Source: Podarcis filfolensis
Taxonomy: Eukaryota
Reading direction: 5' to 3' (one strand)
Assembly: GCA_964270895.1 (NCBI GenBank)
Contig: OZ185436.1
Length of the DNA: 64,000 bases
Under the pieces are notes generated by a model. It saw only the letters and a program-made list of their open reading frames with translations. It had not been told where the DNA came from and searched no databases. A program made the translations under genes and the position numbers. Shown piece by piece: positions 49,640 to 64,000 of the stretch (positions are counted from its first letter, which is position 1; each line of letters starts with the position of its first letter).

Positions 49640-51492
49640 AATCTTTCTTCTTAAATGATACATTCTTTAGCATGACTTTCAAATAGTTTTCTTGTACTTT
49701 TAGAATTACAGTATCTGAGTTCTGCAAAACATAGAAATGGTTACAGACTAAAATGCACAACTTACATAAACATTTAAATAGAACATTTGTATTCAAAAGG
49801 CATTCTACACACTACATTTTCATAAAAATATAAAAAATAGTTCAATAGTTAATTCATATTTTAACTAGACTAGGATATTTAAGATCTTCCCCCACATGTT
49901 CCCTCTTAAAAAGACTCCCATCAATAAGAAACTAAAAGGAGACTGTATCACAAATTAAGTGACTACTGCCAATTGCTAAAATTTATCACAATAGCAAGTT
50001 AGTTCACTTCTGTAACTAGCAAGAAATGTACTGCAATATGATTTTTGCTATTATGTACCCTCCATTTCAAAGTTCATACAATTATATATAACTTGTGCTA
50101 TGCAAAAAAGAAATAATTCTAAATAAGTGATTGTAAATTAGAATACAATGAAAGTTGCTATATGACCAAAATAAATCAAATTTATCTTACAGTTAAGAAT
50201 TACTATGCAAAAATAGCACAAGGGGAAATATTTAAAGATACTTTCTTCTTTTAAAATCGGGCTCCAATGAAAATAAATGTTTTTTTTTCTTTTTTCCTCA
50301 TTGAAAATACAACATTTGTATGTTATTACAATTTCTCTAGCCTCCCAAATTAGATTATGGAAGATAAAATGAAGACTTAAAACTCTCCTCTTTTTAACAC
50401 CCTCATTGGGGAACATTTAATTTCATGAAAAGGCACAAAGATGAAACACTTCAGTTGCAACAGTTAACACTACTCTCCATGCGCAGTGCAAATGCAGCTT
50501 AAGGGATGGCCTTTAAGCTCTGAACGGGTCTTGTTAAAAAAATTAAAGCATTTGACCCTGGTCCAGAAATTGTGGTACATGCTGGAGAGAGGCATGTATG
50601 TAGTTGCATGGAAGGATCTCCACTGATAAACAGATGGTAGGCATTGTTAACATTTGACAGTGCTGTTTACTTGGGGGTGGGGGGCAGAGAGGTTTCTGGA
50701 AATCATTTACCCTCTAACCCAGATGGAGTGACTGCGATTTTTCTATACTGAGAATATGAACCAACCCCTTGGGGGGGGGGAGATCCTTAAGCGTAGTACC
50801 ATGTGTGCTGCCCACTACCATGTTAGGGTCACTGCATATCATTTTGTATATGCAGGACCACATTCAGAAGGGCAGTCTATGCACAGAAGCCTCTTTCAAC
50901 AGGCTGAAGCAACCCCACTGGACTGGCATGAATGTATGGTCCTGATCTCCAAAATTCAGCAATACGTTATTGCAACAAATATTTGAGCAGCTACTGGCAG
51001 AAAAGGGAGATCTGTTTCACTTGTGCTGAAGGCAGTATCACCCACCCACCCCTTTTAACTGTTAGTGGAGATTGAATATGGCTTTGACATATCAGCCAAC
51101 TGAAATAAAACTTTGCACCCTTTATCTTCCTATCTTGCTTTTCACATGAAGTACATTGGTATGGACGTTGGTTGCTTATAACATAACAGGATGGTTCAAA
51201 TAAATGTGTTTTGCTTGCTGGCATGTAAACATCAGGGTGACTGGACCTTAGTTCATATAAACATTTGATAGATTTCTTTAAAAACTAAGAAAAAAAAGTA
51301 GCATTTCCTATTAAACAATAATCCACAAAAATACTCTTTCAATAAGCGTTACTTGCCATTTAACGGTTTATGTCCTATCAACTACTATGTAAAACACACC
51401 AAAAAAAAAGAAATCAATTGTAAAAATTGACCTGTTAGTTTCGTTTGGCCATTAAGCATTTTAGATGCTAATCGTTCATCAACACCAGAGTC

Positions 51493-51810
<318 letters not shown>

Positions 51811-52115
51811 TTATTCAATGGCACTGCGCGATTCGGTGACTAGCAAAGCCTTGTAAAGCAATCTCAATCATAGAACAGCATTCATGTGTTTCCCAAAATA
51901 TTATTTGGATAAAATACAATTTTTTTCCTTATTTTGTATAGCAAGGATTGGGGGGGGGGCGGAGTTTGGTTCTCTATTTATAAATGTTTGGCTGCTATTT
52001 AAAGTAGCTGAAAACAAAAGCAAGGGAATATGGGAGTTTCACGTTGGTATACAAGTTACCATGAATATTAAAATTAAGCGTTAGGTGAGCATTAGTCCCT
52101 AACAATTATCAAAAC

Positions 52116-52290
52116 CAGTGCTTTTTTTCTTAAAAAATGTTTAGGGGTACTCTCATTTTGACTCAAGAAAATCATCATTTTATAGTTCAAATCTGGAAAA
52201 ATAAATACAGTAAACGGACAAAAGTACAAAGATTCACAAAATGTTTAGGGGTATGCGTACCCCCGCATTCCCGCAGAAAAAAAAGCACTG
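52116..52290. mobile_element. hAT MITE, 175 bp
   Basis: TIRs cagtgctttttttct / agaaaaaaaagcactg; perfect TSD atcaaaac. Confidence 0.92.
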
Positions 52291-53366
52291 ATCAAAACCA
52301 TTCCTAGTTTTGAATTATGTAGATGTGCCACTATCAACAAAACATTATTTTAACAAAAAGATTCATATAATCAATGATCTCCCTGACTGGTTTCTAGGCT
52401 CAAATACCCAATCCCACTTGAGGGAATAGCAAGGCTATGGTTTCCTGCTATATGGATGAGCTACAATAAGGCTTGGGCCCATATGCTACTCCTATATTTC
52501 AAGCCCCAGGGATAAGAGTAGAAGATTTTGCTTCCACAATTTCTGCGTATGCCAGAATGGGAAACTGTGGTTTATTCCACCCAGAAGCAAAAGAGGTCTT
52601 CAGCCTCTAAACTGCATGCAGGGGGCATTATTTTGAAGCCTCCACAAAGTTCTTAAAATTACATTATTTTGTAAGAATTGGCAGCATTAAAAAAAGTAGT
52701 TTATCATTAGTTGAATTCTGTATTTCCTTCAGCACAAAAAAAAAGGTTTGTGAAACAGCCAAGAGCAGTTATTATAAATGGGAAGATCCCAGTTTTCCAA
52801 AGTACATTGAAGTTTATTTCGTCAGTGCTTATCTGTTTGTTTCTAGAGAATCCACTAATCAGCAGATATATAGCAGAGGGCCACTTACAACTTCAAAAGG
52901 CCTATGGTTTTCAGAGAGACTTGGAAATTAAAATATTGGATATATCTTAGTATGAGAAACTACTGCAGGCTAGGAAGCACATTTTTGCAGTTGAAACTCT
53001 GTAGTGAAACATTTTTTCCTTCTATCCCTTGGTTTTTGACAGCTACTTCTAAATAAAACTATCGCATGTTATCTGTCAAGTGATACACCTGTGCTTACCA
53101 CTAAAGACAGGAAGAGGTAGAGCAGATGGAACAAAAAATAAATAAACTGGAATAGAACACACTATGCATAATATTAAAAGGCTACTAGAATTAAGTAAAT
53201 CCCAAATTGGAAAGTAGGTCCCACAGACACTTACTTCTCCATGTCCATAATTAGCACTACAGCCGACAACATACATGTCTAGTTCATTAGCCAAGCTGCA
53301 TCATTTATCACAGAATATAGGCATTAGACAGGGGCAATTGGTTGAGTTTCAGGTTTTCTCACATAC

Positions 53367-53408
53367 CTCTTCTTCTTGTTCTTCCTGTCTGTAGTGCATT
53401 CTCCAGAG
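53367..53408 (-). CDS. ZCCHC10: ZCCHC10 internal exon (SGECTTDRKNKKK), 42 nt
   Basis: acceptor caaccag|C, donor AG|gtatgt; phase 2-2. Confidence 0.9.
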
Positions 53409-53465
53409 CTGGTTGAAAGTAAGGGCAAGAGAAGAGAAACAATTGTTTTAATTAATATGCTGGAA

Positions 53466-53468
<3 letters not shown>

Positions 53469-53526
<58 letters not shown>
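53469..53526. repeat. (AT)29 microsatellite
   Basis: direct read. Confidence 0.95.
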
Positions 53527-53529
<3 letters not shown>

Positions 53530-53967
53530 ACAGTTAGAACTTAAACTTAAGATGAGCAAAAGGGGTAAGTGGCAATGATACAGGTATTAATAAATTACTT
53601 TATTGAATGCTAGTGGCAGAGGTGTTTATGCAAACTGTCCAGGGAAGACATTGATAACCAGTATATATATTAGTGAAATCCAATATCATGCAAGCAGAGA
53701 AAAAGGACTACCCTTCCCTTTCCCATCTGCCCATTGCACCCATACCTCCCCTATCTCTTGCACAGCCCCACCTCCACTTTCTAGAGCAGATTTGGGGGTG
53801 CAGGGGGTGTTGCAAGGCAAAGTTTTATTTCACAAGGATGGAAATCCATTCCGCTCACACATGGACAGAACTGCATACAAGCATTAGTACACAAACTAAT
53901 GTACTTCCCTTGTGCTTGATCCAGAAGCTGCAGTTAGTAAAAATGGGGTAGCATGATTGCTGATTGG

Positions 53968-54465
53968 AGCGAGGGCCTTGTCCACATATAACAGCTGTGC
54001 TCAGAGATATGCACTGGTTACTGATTTGCTACCAGGCCAAGTTTAAGATGTCACAACTTGGGACCAGTTTACCTGCAAGACCACCTTACCCCACCTGTGC
54101 CCTTTGGTTGGCAGAACTGGAATTACAGGTGCCACATAATACACATTCTGCATTGGTAAGCACTTGATCATTTAGTATGGCCCCACCTGCCCTTTGGAAC
54201 TCACTGCCTATTGAGATCAAGCAGGTGCCTTCATTGTTCTCTTTTCAGTGCCTGCTAAAAACATTCTTGTTTAGGTAAGCCTATCCAGATGCTTTAAAAG
54301 TTTAGGTAATTTTAATCTGTTTTAGTATTTTTACTTTAGTGTGTTTTAAAGCAGGGTTGTGACTCTTTCCTGATTTTCTTGATTTACCTTTTAGCAAGCT
54401 GCTTTGAGGTTTCTTACAATCAAGCAGTGCAAAATTTTTGTGAAATAAATAAATAAGAAGCAAAA
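53968..54465 (+). mobile_element. Old L2 3' fragment
   Basis: remnant translation HITAVLRDMHWLLICYQAKFK; homologous to 61055-61700. Confidence 0.7.
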
Positions 54466-56234
54466 CTGAGAAAAACCATGTGCTGGCCTCTTTCTCAAGT
54501 TGTCCCACTTAAAGGAAATAAGAAACCCGGTAGCGTGGTAACAGCATTACTGAATTTTTCTTCTTTAGATATTAGTTGCCTTTTAACATATCACACAGCT
54601 TGATTTCACAAGGCTCATCAAATTTGCTAAAAAGAACAGGGATGTAAATGGGTATATTATATGTAGTGTAATTTGCCCGAGCTTTTATGGTGAATTTGTA
54701 ATACCAGATGACGGATGCATAGATAAAGAGAAAGCGTGGGAATTGTTTTGAAACTGTATCAGCTAGCTGTAGTGAACCGACTTATCCATGTATCTCAGTC
54801 TCAAGAGTCTGCAGTTTATTCTATACATCCATTATTATTTGATTTGCTGTTGCTTAAAAAGAGGGCGAATTTGCAGTCTTGGTTTTTACACAGTTAAACT
54901 ATTTTGAAAATATAAGCATGGAAAAATAGTTGGTTCAGTCATTTATCAGAATTACACAAGAATAATAATTTTCAGGCATGAATGTTTAGGAAATTATTCA
55001 GAGTTCAGCAATACTGCAGGAAAAGCTAGTATATTAAAATGTCAAAACATCATGCAGCTTAGATGCCAGCTGTTTAAGTAAATAGCAGAACTAGTAATTC
55101 TGGGTGAATATAATATGGATGGCTGCTTTGCTGCTCTTGGCTAACATTTATATCTTCAACAGAAAACGGCGAGGCTGTATCTTTACTATAAGCAGGAAAC
55201 CAGCATCATCTTCATCACCCCCATTGTAGTTTATTACATGTCTCACTGCATCCCTTTATTCCTATTATGATATTATAGCTCCTATTTCTTAGTTTACACA
55301 TGATGCGGTGAAATGGCTAGGAATGTAAGCTGGATACCCCTTGGCTTCACTTCATATCACTTCAGCTGCAAACTCACCTGTTGGCCTTGGAAAGCTACTA
55401 TTGCCTCAAACTCAGCAAATTATCTTTAGTGTGGAGATAATGACTTGCTTTACAAGGCTGTTTTAAGGAGTACTGAAATACTCTAAAATTTGCTGGGAGA
55501 GTGGGAAAATATGCACTAAACATAATGATATGAGGAAATGTTAGGTTGAGAGTTGAGTGTGTGCTTGCAAAACAAAAAACAAAAAAAAACCCTCTTGGTT
55601 ATTTTTTTTAAGCCCCTTGGTTGGCAGACAATAGCAACAATGTTAGCTTTATTACACAGCCAACTATGTTTTGTTAAATAAATGTCTAAATCTGCAATAG
55701 TAGTAATTTAGAATACACAAATCCATTGATTTTAAACTGCATAGGAGTGGGCTACATAAATATTCACTAAGCATTGTTCTCAATGGGTTAAGATCCAACA
55801 TCACTCAAGTGGACTTTCCAGTCTTCTGTTTCCCCTGCAACCCCACGCCCTCCAGAAAAAAATCTGCACTGGAAGGCTGGGGACCCTCTAGAGCAGATTT
55901 TGTGGAGGTGAGCACCACATTTGCAACCCCTGCATTCAAAGCTTTCTTGCAATTGCTATATGACAATTGTAGCGAACAACCCTCCTTAAGGTATAAGAGT
56001 GAAAGAGTATACTAAAAAGGAAAGGAGGAATTTTAGAGGTAAAAAAACAACAAGACAAAAAGCATGTTTTCAAATGCTTAAAGAGAAGACAGAAGTGAGA
56101 GGTGCAGAGATTCTGAGGCAAGACATTCCAGGGAAAAGGGGCAACAAGACAAGGTGGAAACATGCAAAAGTAGTATGGCAAGGTTTAGCTAGTAAGAAAG
56201 TATCAACATAACAAAGGCAACAAGAAACCAAGGA

Positions 56235-56476
56235 CAGTGGTACCTCGGTCCTCGAGCGTAATCCATTCCGGAAAACCATTCCGAGTTCCGAAACGTTCGA
56301 AAACCGAGGCGCAAAGAGCTCTCTGAAAATTCAGTTGAGAAAATGGAAAAACATGCAGCGGAAGCTGTACCACTTCCAAGGCGCGGCCGAAAACGGAAGC
56401 ATTTACTTCCCGGTTTTCGACGTCCGGGTTCCAAAACGTTCGTCGATGGAGACGTTCGAGAACCGAGGTACCACTA
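56235..56476. mobile_element. Tigger/pogo-type MITE, CpG-rich
   Basis: TIRs cagtggtacctcggt..tcga / tcgagaaccgaggtaccact; TA on the right flank. Confidence 0.85.
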
Positions 56477-56924
56477 TAAAAATAAGCAAGCAAAAAGGAA
56501 AGACAGGAGGGAGGGCATAAATATTATTAGGTTGGGGTCAGGGAGTAATAAAAAAACTGAAAGGGAGTGTTATGAAAAGAGAAGCTTGGTCAACGTGAGA
56601 TGCAGAAAGGGGCAAATTCTAAACTAGCAGCAGAGTTAAGACTGGAGGAAAGATGAAACTGTAGGAGAGGCAAACCAGAAAGAAGAACACTACAATGTTT
56701 AAGCTGGGGGGGGGGGGGGAGAGAGAGAGAGAATAAGAGAACAAGTCATCCCATGTCAAGTTGCAAGATAACACCACAGTTGCATCACATGTGCAGTAGC
56801 CCTTGTTCCCAGAACATGCTTACCTTTCCCACTGAAATCAACAGTCAACCAATGGATTCAAATTACGAGAAATGACCTTCTGACTAAACATCAGGAAGAA
56901 CTTTCAGTGAAACAGATTCACATG

Positions 56925-57077
56925 AGAGACGGTGCACTCTCCTTCCTGGGAGGTTTTTGAGCAGAGGTCGGATGCCCCTCTGCCATGGATGCTTTAGTTG
57001 AGAGAGATTCTTGCATTGCAGGGGGTTGGACTAGATGACCCTCGGGCACCTTTCAACTCTACAATTGTACGATTCAA
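56925..57077 (+). mobile_element. CR1 LINE 3' end
   Basis: gggggttggactagatgaccctc...ttcaactctacaattgtacgattc. Confidence 0.8.
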
Positions 57078-57151
57078 GGGCTCTTAAACTACAGCTTGAT
57101 CACATGCACTTTTCTGCAAATGGTGTACAGTCTCCTTCCCCTGTGATCTTA

Positions 57152-57424
<273 letters not shown>

Positions 57425-58924
57425 CTACCAACTTTGGGCCCCTAGTAGGGGATTATATTTGTAATTCGATGAGAACAGACTGTGGCTGAACAAGAAGCTT
57501 ATGACAACTGTGTAGTATAATCCACTGATAACATTACAAGTTAGAGGCTGGGTTCAACTTCCAGCAAAAATATCTCCTATCTAAGATATCCCTCACATCA
57601 CAGCTAAGGTCATTCTAGTTCACTTGTTCCCTTAGTTCCATTACCAACCCAAATCCTGTACTCAATTACACGGAGAAGCCTTGTGCTCCTTTGATTTGCT
57701 CTGGTGTGTGCTTTGATTTTTAAAAGTCACAAATGAAATTAGATCCAATTTAGAATGAGCATGCACTCATCTCTCTGCTTCAGTTCCTGGGTGGGCACAA
57801 TGCCATCTAAATGCAAGCAACACTGAAATCCCACGGTTTCCTATGGGCAGCTCTTACTTCCACCCCAGGGGAAAGGGGAAAATATAGAGTTTAAAGGAAT
57901 CAGAGAGTTCCATTTCCAGACAACAAGGTGGCAAGGTGTCACAAGGAGATAGCTACTGTATTGAACCAATCTACTGATGAGGGTCATTTTAACACTTCCC
58001 AGCTTATGATCTCTGTCCTTAAATATTCATGAGTGTGCCATCCCTGTTTACTCCAAAAAGGCAGTAAATTAGTAAAAGGGGGAAAGTGCAAAGGAGGCTG
58101 AATGTCCAATGAAGTCATTCCACACCTGCTGCAGAAATCCTTTCATCTCTTCCCCCAACCCAGCATGAGACACAGATGTGTTACCAGCAGGAGCAGCTGT
58201 AACAAGAAAAAGGAACAGCTAGAACTACAGCATGTTCCAAAATAACATTTGAATGTTCTTTCCATTGTCATAGCAAAGATAGGTGAAAACTGAATCTAGA
58301 TAGAAATGTATTTCAGTCCATACAATTATTTAATAGAAAAAAATGTTTACATAGTTTTACAACACAAGAAAAATGAAAAATCAAGGAACAGCTGTCAAAC
58401 CCTCTTTCAGTTTCCTTGAGCTGCCTGCCAGAACATCAAGGTGGTATAAGATTCTGAAGTACATTCTTGAAAATAAGTTAATACACCCAAGAGCAAACTG
58501 GACAGCAAAGGCCAAGTGTATTTATACAAGATCAAATGACAGATCGTTGCTAGATCCTAATTTTAATTTTCCTATTCAGTTTATTAGACCATATTAAACT
58601 CCTCCTTACCCTCTGCCTGACAATTGATTTGGGGGATGGTATGAAATACAGGTTCAGTACTGATGTGGATTCACAGCTTCATCTGCATTACAGGTCTCAC
58701 TGGATCATGTTGGATATATAAGTTGGAGACTTGCCATGTTTGCACGGTTATCATAAGACAAACCAAGATAGACAAGATGCATAAAGTTATAGTTGTTTCC
58801 CATTATAGTTACTGGGATTTGGGGTGTGCTTCTGACTGCTCAGGAGACACTGCCTACATCTTCAACCCATGCTACTCAGTTGTGTCTAGGGAGAACTGGA
58901 GGGAAGTGTCAAAGGTAGTATGCC

Positions 58925-59082
58925 CCTGAATACTAGGTGCTGGGAATCACAGGTGGGCAAAGTGCTGTTGTGCTGATGTCCAGTTTGCAGACTTCCTACA
59001 GGAATCTGGTCAGCCACTGCAAGAACAGACTTGGACTAGATGGGCCACTGGCCTGATGCAGTAGGCTTGTCTTACATTCTTA
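58925..59082 (+). mobile_element. L2-tailed SINE/LINE 3' fragment
   Basis: ggactagatgggccactggcctgatgcagtaggcttgtcttacattctta. Confidence 0.6.
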
Positions 59083-61054
59083 AGATGCCCTGCTTCCCAG
59101 GAGAGAAAGAGGCACAGACTGGATGCTCTCTCATATCCACAATAGTAATCACCTACTGTCTTGAGAATTGTCCTTGTCTCAAGGTCAGAGGAAATGGAGA
59201 GGTAGTGACAACATCTCTGGTTTTGGAGGCAGGAGCTCCAAAGGCAGGGAGAGAGAACACTCTTGGATACTACACTACAAAGAAAAGTTGGTAAAGGAAA
59301 TATGCTTAAGCTAAAATTATAGCTTCGCTTAATGTATGTTTTGCTACTCACACCAATGACCTAACTGGAATTTAGGTGACTGATCCACAAGCCAGTTGAA
59401 CCAGAGTACATGGATTACATCAATCCTCCAATGCAATCTAACTCCATTAAAAACATTTTTAAAATGATTGTGGTTTTACCATTGCCTCCAATGGTTGCTG
59501 CATTACTAACTTTTCCTCCCTTGGGACAAATATGACTTACATTTAAGTACAGTACTCTTGTTTAGCTGGACTGAGGATTAATCTTCTAGAACTAAAGCAA
59601 GTGCTTTTGTTGTTGTTGTTGTTTCAGAATTAAGGCACAAACTTTTGACAAATTTAATTCCCATATGGGAAAGTGGTAAATATGGTTTCAAACTGTCCTG
59701 TTAGAATGCAAATAAGTGCAAGAAAGCTTAAGGAACTGTTACTATGATAAAAAAACACCAGACAAAAGTAGGGAAAATGTAGCCAAGAGCTATTTTCACC
59801 TCACTAGCTGTGGAGCTAGCAGTTATTGATTTTCTCCTTCACCACCACTACACACACCCCTGCCTATCACATGCAATTCACAAGCCAGGTGATAATATCC
59901 AAACTGGAATAACAGCTACGGTAAATACTAGTACATTTATTCACAGACTATTATTCGGTGATAATGATTACAGCTGCAAAGCAGCAACTGTATAAATTGG
60001 AGCAAATGTATTAAAAATATAAGCTCTTCATCATGAGCAGCAAGTTGAAAGTATTTCTGAAGATAAAAATTGAGAATTCATCTGAAAAACAAATACATTC
60101 TACCCGGCCTGAGATTGTTCCTAGAAGGCACAGAGTATCTTTTTGGCTTTTTAAAACTAAAACCAGAGTCAGGAATCTGGGCTGTGGTCCAGAAGTTATT
60201 TACATGAGAGTATCTTTTCTGACTTCAAATTGATTTCAATATTATAGCAATAGGCTCCACCCTTTGATGCCTCACAGATCTACAAAAACTGAACCAGTGA
60301 ATATCTGATATTCTACTACATTTCTATTGCTGAAACTAAGCAAGATTACCTGGGTGTCATGTGTGCAAATCTACATGTGGATGCCACACATCTAATAAAT
60401 AAAAATAAATAAACAATAAATAAAAAGAAAATAATAAATACATTGTTGCTAACTAGACAAATTTTGATGGTCTATTATTGCAAGGAAAACCGCTAAAGGT
60501 TTAAAAAGAGATATAAGTATGAGTGAATTGAAGAGAGGTGTGCTAACTGAGGCTTTAGTTTTGTTTTCGTTAAGTAAATTTTAATGTTCTCAATTCCTGG
60601 AGTTGATTTACATAACATTAATTCTGTTGTAAGCAGTTATGAGCCATTAGAAAAAGTCAAGATACTTACACTTCTAAATGAGTAAGTAAAAGCTACTATC
60701 CCCTTTTTTATGTTTAGAATATTTCTACACTACCCTTCAATTAAATTTTTGGAGCATCTTATGGTAAAAAGTTTCTAAAACTCAATGGAGAACAAAGGTC
60801 AGAATGTCAATAAATTCAGCAAAACAGATGAAACTACATGTAGAACCAATTTACATTATATGTAGGAATACCATGAAACAATTGTGCTCACTCGATGTCA
60901 GAATGACAATAGTTGGCACCATGCAAAGTTTGATAATGAGGTACTCCATAAACTATATCTCAGATATATCCCCATAAAAACTTGAAGGGCCAATCACTAT
61001 ACCCACACTGAAATTCTATGCACAGCAAGCTGTAACATGACTGCATTGCTGGGG

Positions 61055-61700
61055 GAGTGAGACCTTGTCCACATTTAACACCTGTGCTCAGAGTCTGCAC
61101 TGGTTGCCTGTCTGCTGCTGGGCCAAGTTCAAGGTGTTACTATGAATATATAAAGCCCTTAACAACTTGGGACCAGTTAACCTAGGAGATTGCTGTATCC
61201 CTTATGTGCCCACTTGACCAGCAGAATTGGCACTTTTACCAATGCCATATAACCCACACTACTTCTGCAACAACTTGATCATTTAGTGTGGCAGCACCAA
61301 CACAACAAGAAGTAAAAATTAAAAATTGCTCAGGAATGTAGAGAATATTCAACTTAAAAAGCAGAAAAGTATCCCATAGTTAACAGCTGCACTGCAGACA
61401 TTTCTGCATGTTTGAAACTCCCTGCTTACTGATATCAGGCAGGCACTTTCTGTGTATTCCTTTCAGTGCCTGCTGAATACAATCTTATTTAGATAAGCCT
61501 ATCCAGATGTTTAGAAAGTTTGTAGGAGTTTTGATTTGTTTAGTCTAGCTTACTGCAGCTTTAACCTTCTGTGTGTTTTAAATTACAGACAATATTTTTT
61601 TAAGTAATAATTTTATTGGGATTGGGTGGGGTTTTTTTGTAAACCACTTTGAAATCTTTTCTACAATCAAGTGGTACATAAATTTTCTTAAATAAATAAT
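61055..61700 (+). mobile_element. Old L2 3' fragment with an internal insertion of about 115 bp
   Basis: remnant translation PVLRVCTGCLSAAGPSSRC in shifted frames; collinear with 53968-54465 apart from the insert. Confidence 0.65.
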
Positions 61701-62171
61701 TATTTGAGTGTAGCTTCCACATGATAAAAGTGAGGCTCCATACAGGACAAATACACCAAGAAGACCTCTTCCCTTTGCAGGAGTAGTGAACAAATTAGAA
61801 TGGTCCATCTTGGAAACAGAGTGAGCCAAATTTCCTGACAATGTTTGGGACCTAATCAGGAAGGACTGATGCTCATGTCAAAGTCATAGCAGCTTTGTAT
61901 GCTGCAGAAATGACTTGGGCTTCGAACATCACTCCCAAATGCCCATACCTATTAAACAGGGCACATTTAGCTCTCTGTTATACTAGTGAACTGGGGACAA
62001 TGAAGCAGACCAAACACTGGTTTGAACACAAGTTATGGGAATTTTGGGTCAATTCAACTGATTCCAATGAACAACTAATATTAAGAGCTACTCTGTACCA
62101 GTGATAGGAGTGAAGAATGAATACTTCACAACCAATGAATCCCACGTCCAGTAACACTGAATGGTTTGGGG

Positions 62172-62289
62172 CAGGTATGGTGAACATGTGGTTCTCCAGA
62201 TGTTGCCTAACGCCAATGTCCATGCCTGGGAAGGCCAATGGGAGTTGTAGTTCAGTAACACCTGGAGGGCCAAAGGTTTCCCACACCTG
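62172..62289. mobile_element. Short hAT MITE, 118 bp
   Basis: ends caggtatggtgaac / gtttcccacacctg; perfect TSD gtttgggg. Confidence 0.85.
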
Positions 62290-64000
62290 GTTTGGGGTCT
62301 TCTTCAGCTTGGCCTACAAGTTTACTTTTAAAAAGCCTCGGTAGTCTCCTGTGATTTATTTGCTAAGCACTTTAAGAATAATATTGCTTGCACCTGTTTT
62401 GACCTAGACACCACTACTATTGCTGCAATCAGTGAATGTGTCTGAAGAAATAACTGGTAATAGTTTATCAGACGAATGCCAGTTGTTGAAGGTCAACATG
62501 CTTGCAAGGATGTGGCTTACTACACATTGCTGGACACCTGATACTCATGGCTTCTAATGTCCAGTAAGAGATGGTTGACCAGCTGGCTTGAGGTGGGCAT
62601 TAGTGTCTCATTCTGATAGGTAGTGGTTGTGGGTGTCCTGAAGGAGAATATTGTGAAACCACTCCAAAGGAAATCCTCTTTAGACCTACAAGTGTTGTTT
62701 GCTTCACCCTGTTGTACTAAATCAAAGAGTATGCCTATGATGGATTTTCCTCCAAGCATTTTTGAAGCTGTATGAGTGTATATGAAGCAGCTAAGAGTAT
62801 GTGGTTTGTACCAAGTAATAAATAATAACTAGGAGATGGGTTAGATGGATACTTGTGTCTTTATTTCACTTGCCGTTTTACTCACCCTTAGTAAAGGGAA
62901 CAACATTTTTAAGGCATGGTACACTACTAATACACACACCAAGACCTCATAAAAGGCCCTATACCGTTTCTGAGTAAATCATAAATCATAATGAGGATTA
63001 AGAATCAACACTGTACAAGCCTTCTGCATGATAGAAATGAAAGGATATTACAACAGACCCTACAATCCATGCTGCAAGAGAAACTAGAAAAAATATAGGA
63101 AAACTGAATCGGTCAATTGTCTTGTGCAGGCATCTTAAATTTTGAAACCAAAGAACATGCAGCATTTTAAATTTTGCTTTGTCCCTCTGATATTCTTTCT
63201 GTAAATGACCTTGACTAACTCACATAAGTATTACTACTTTACTCTATTAGTACAATAATGTGAAGCAGCATTTATGAGTACATAAAAAGCTTGTATGTGT
63301 AATCAAAAACAAGCATAAAGTCATGTCTCCTTTTCACATTTTCCTTTAAGCTTAGAGCCATCAAAAAGTTCTGACATTCACAGGGATTACACACTTCTAG
63401 TGTGAGAATCATTTCTATATATTTATTAATAGAAATGTCACAGCAAGAAGTCAACTGGAAAGCTTTGGTTATTTCCAATTCAGTCTTATATCCACACATC
63501 CAGTCTACATGTGGAACCCTAGTGGAGGCACCAAGCCAAAGAAAATAGCTTCAACCTTTGCTAAGCATTCACTCTGAGGCAATCAGCTACCAACTTCGTG
63601 TGCCTAGATAATCCTTTTTAAAACCACAGTCCTTTTCACCCTTACACAGAAGCCAGCCCCATTCAACTTAGCGGCGCTTACTTCCAAGCATCTACACACA
63701 ACAACTTTTCCAGCTCCACTGCACCGAAGGCAACTTACCGCACAGCCTGTATGAAAGCAGTGTGTCATTCCGTGCGAGAAGGAGGTGTGTGTGTGTGTGG
63801 CGAGGAAACAACCGTACGTCACATAACACAAGACCACCTTCTACACAACAGTAGCTTTTGAACGGCTAGAAGCGCTAGTGGGCGAGATAACACAACTTCG
63901 CAAACGAAAGACGACCAACGCCACTAAGATTCATTTGAATGCCTAACCATATTTTGCTAGCAGGCAAGATAAACAAGAGAAGGAGAAAGTAGCGCCCACC

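Noticed and set aside
53231-53252. 22-nt alternative exon in the last ZCCHC10 intron (GAA|gtaagt donor)
   Set aside because: Acceptor tract is poor and it is frame-shifting; such AG-GT pairs are expected by chance

Overview
Vertebrate genomic DNA, very probably from a lacertid lizard (inferred from an intact Sauria-type SINE and squamate MITEs). Two spliced genes lie in tandem on the minus strand. AFF4, the super-elongation-complex scaffold, has non-coding exon 1 in a CpG island near 43.4-43.8 kb and coding exons 2-19 from 30497 to 229. These give 3143 nt of CDS with GT-AG boundaries and consistent phases; the last two exons lie off the left edge. ZCCHC10 has its last three coding exons at 57311-51493, with the first exon off the right edge. 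This matches the ZCCHC10-AFF4 order I recall for human 5q31. Introns carry many TEs: hAT MITEs with 8-bp TSDs, Tc1/mariner-type MITEs, L2 and CR1 fragments, and SINEs. No prokaryotic-type system (CRISPR, operon) is present. The most interesting signals are: (1) three hidden frame-preserving cassette/micro-exons in AFF4 (45, 21 and 15 nt) beside its functional motifs, plus a 9-nt donor shift; (2) apparent divergence of two normally conserved AFF4 motifs; (3) a strong-context 70-codon uORF with a signal-peptide-like start that reads the GCG repeat as poly-Ala; (4) a frameshift-like C-terminal extension of ZCCHC10; (5) an unidentified, possibly decayed coding segment at 46.5-47.9 kb. All comparisons to human proteins and repeat families are from memory, not from searches.
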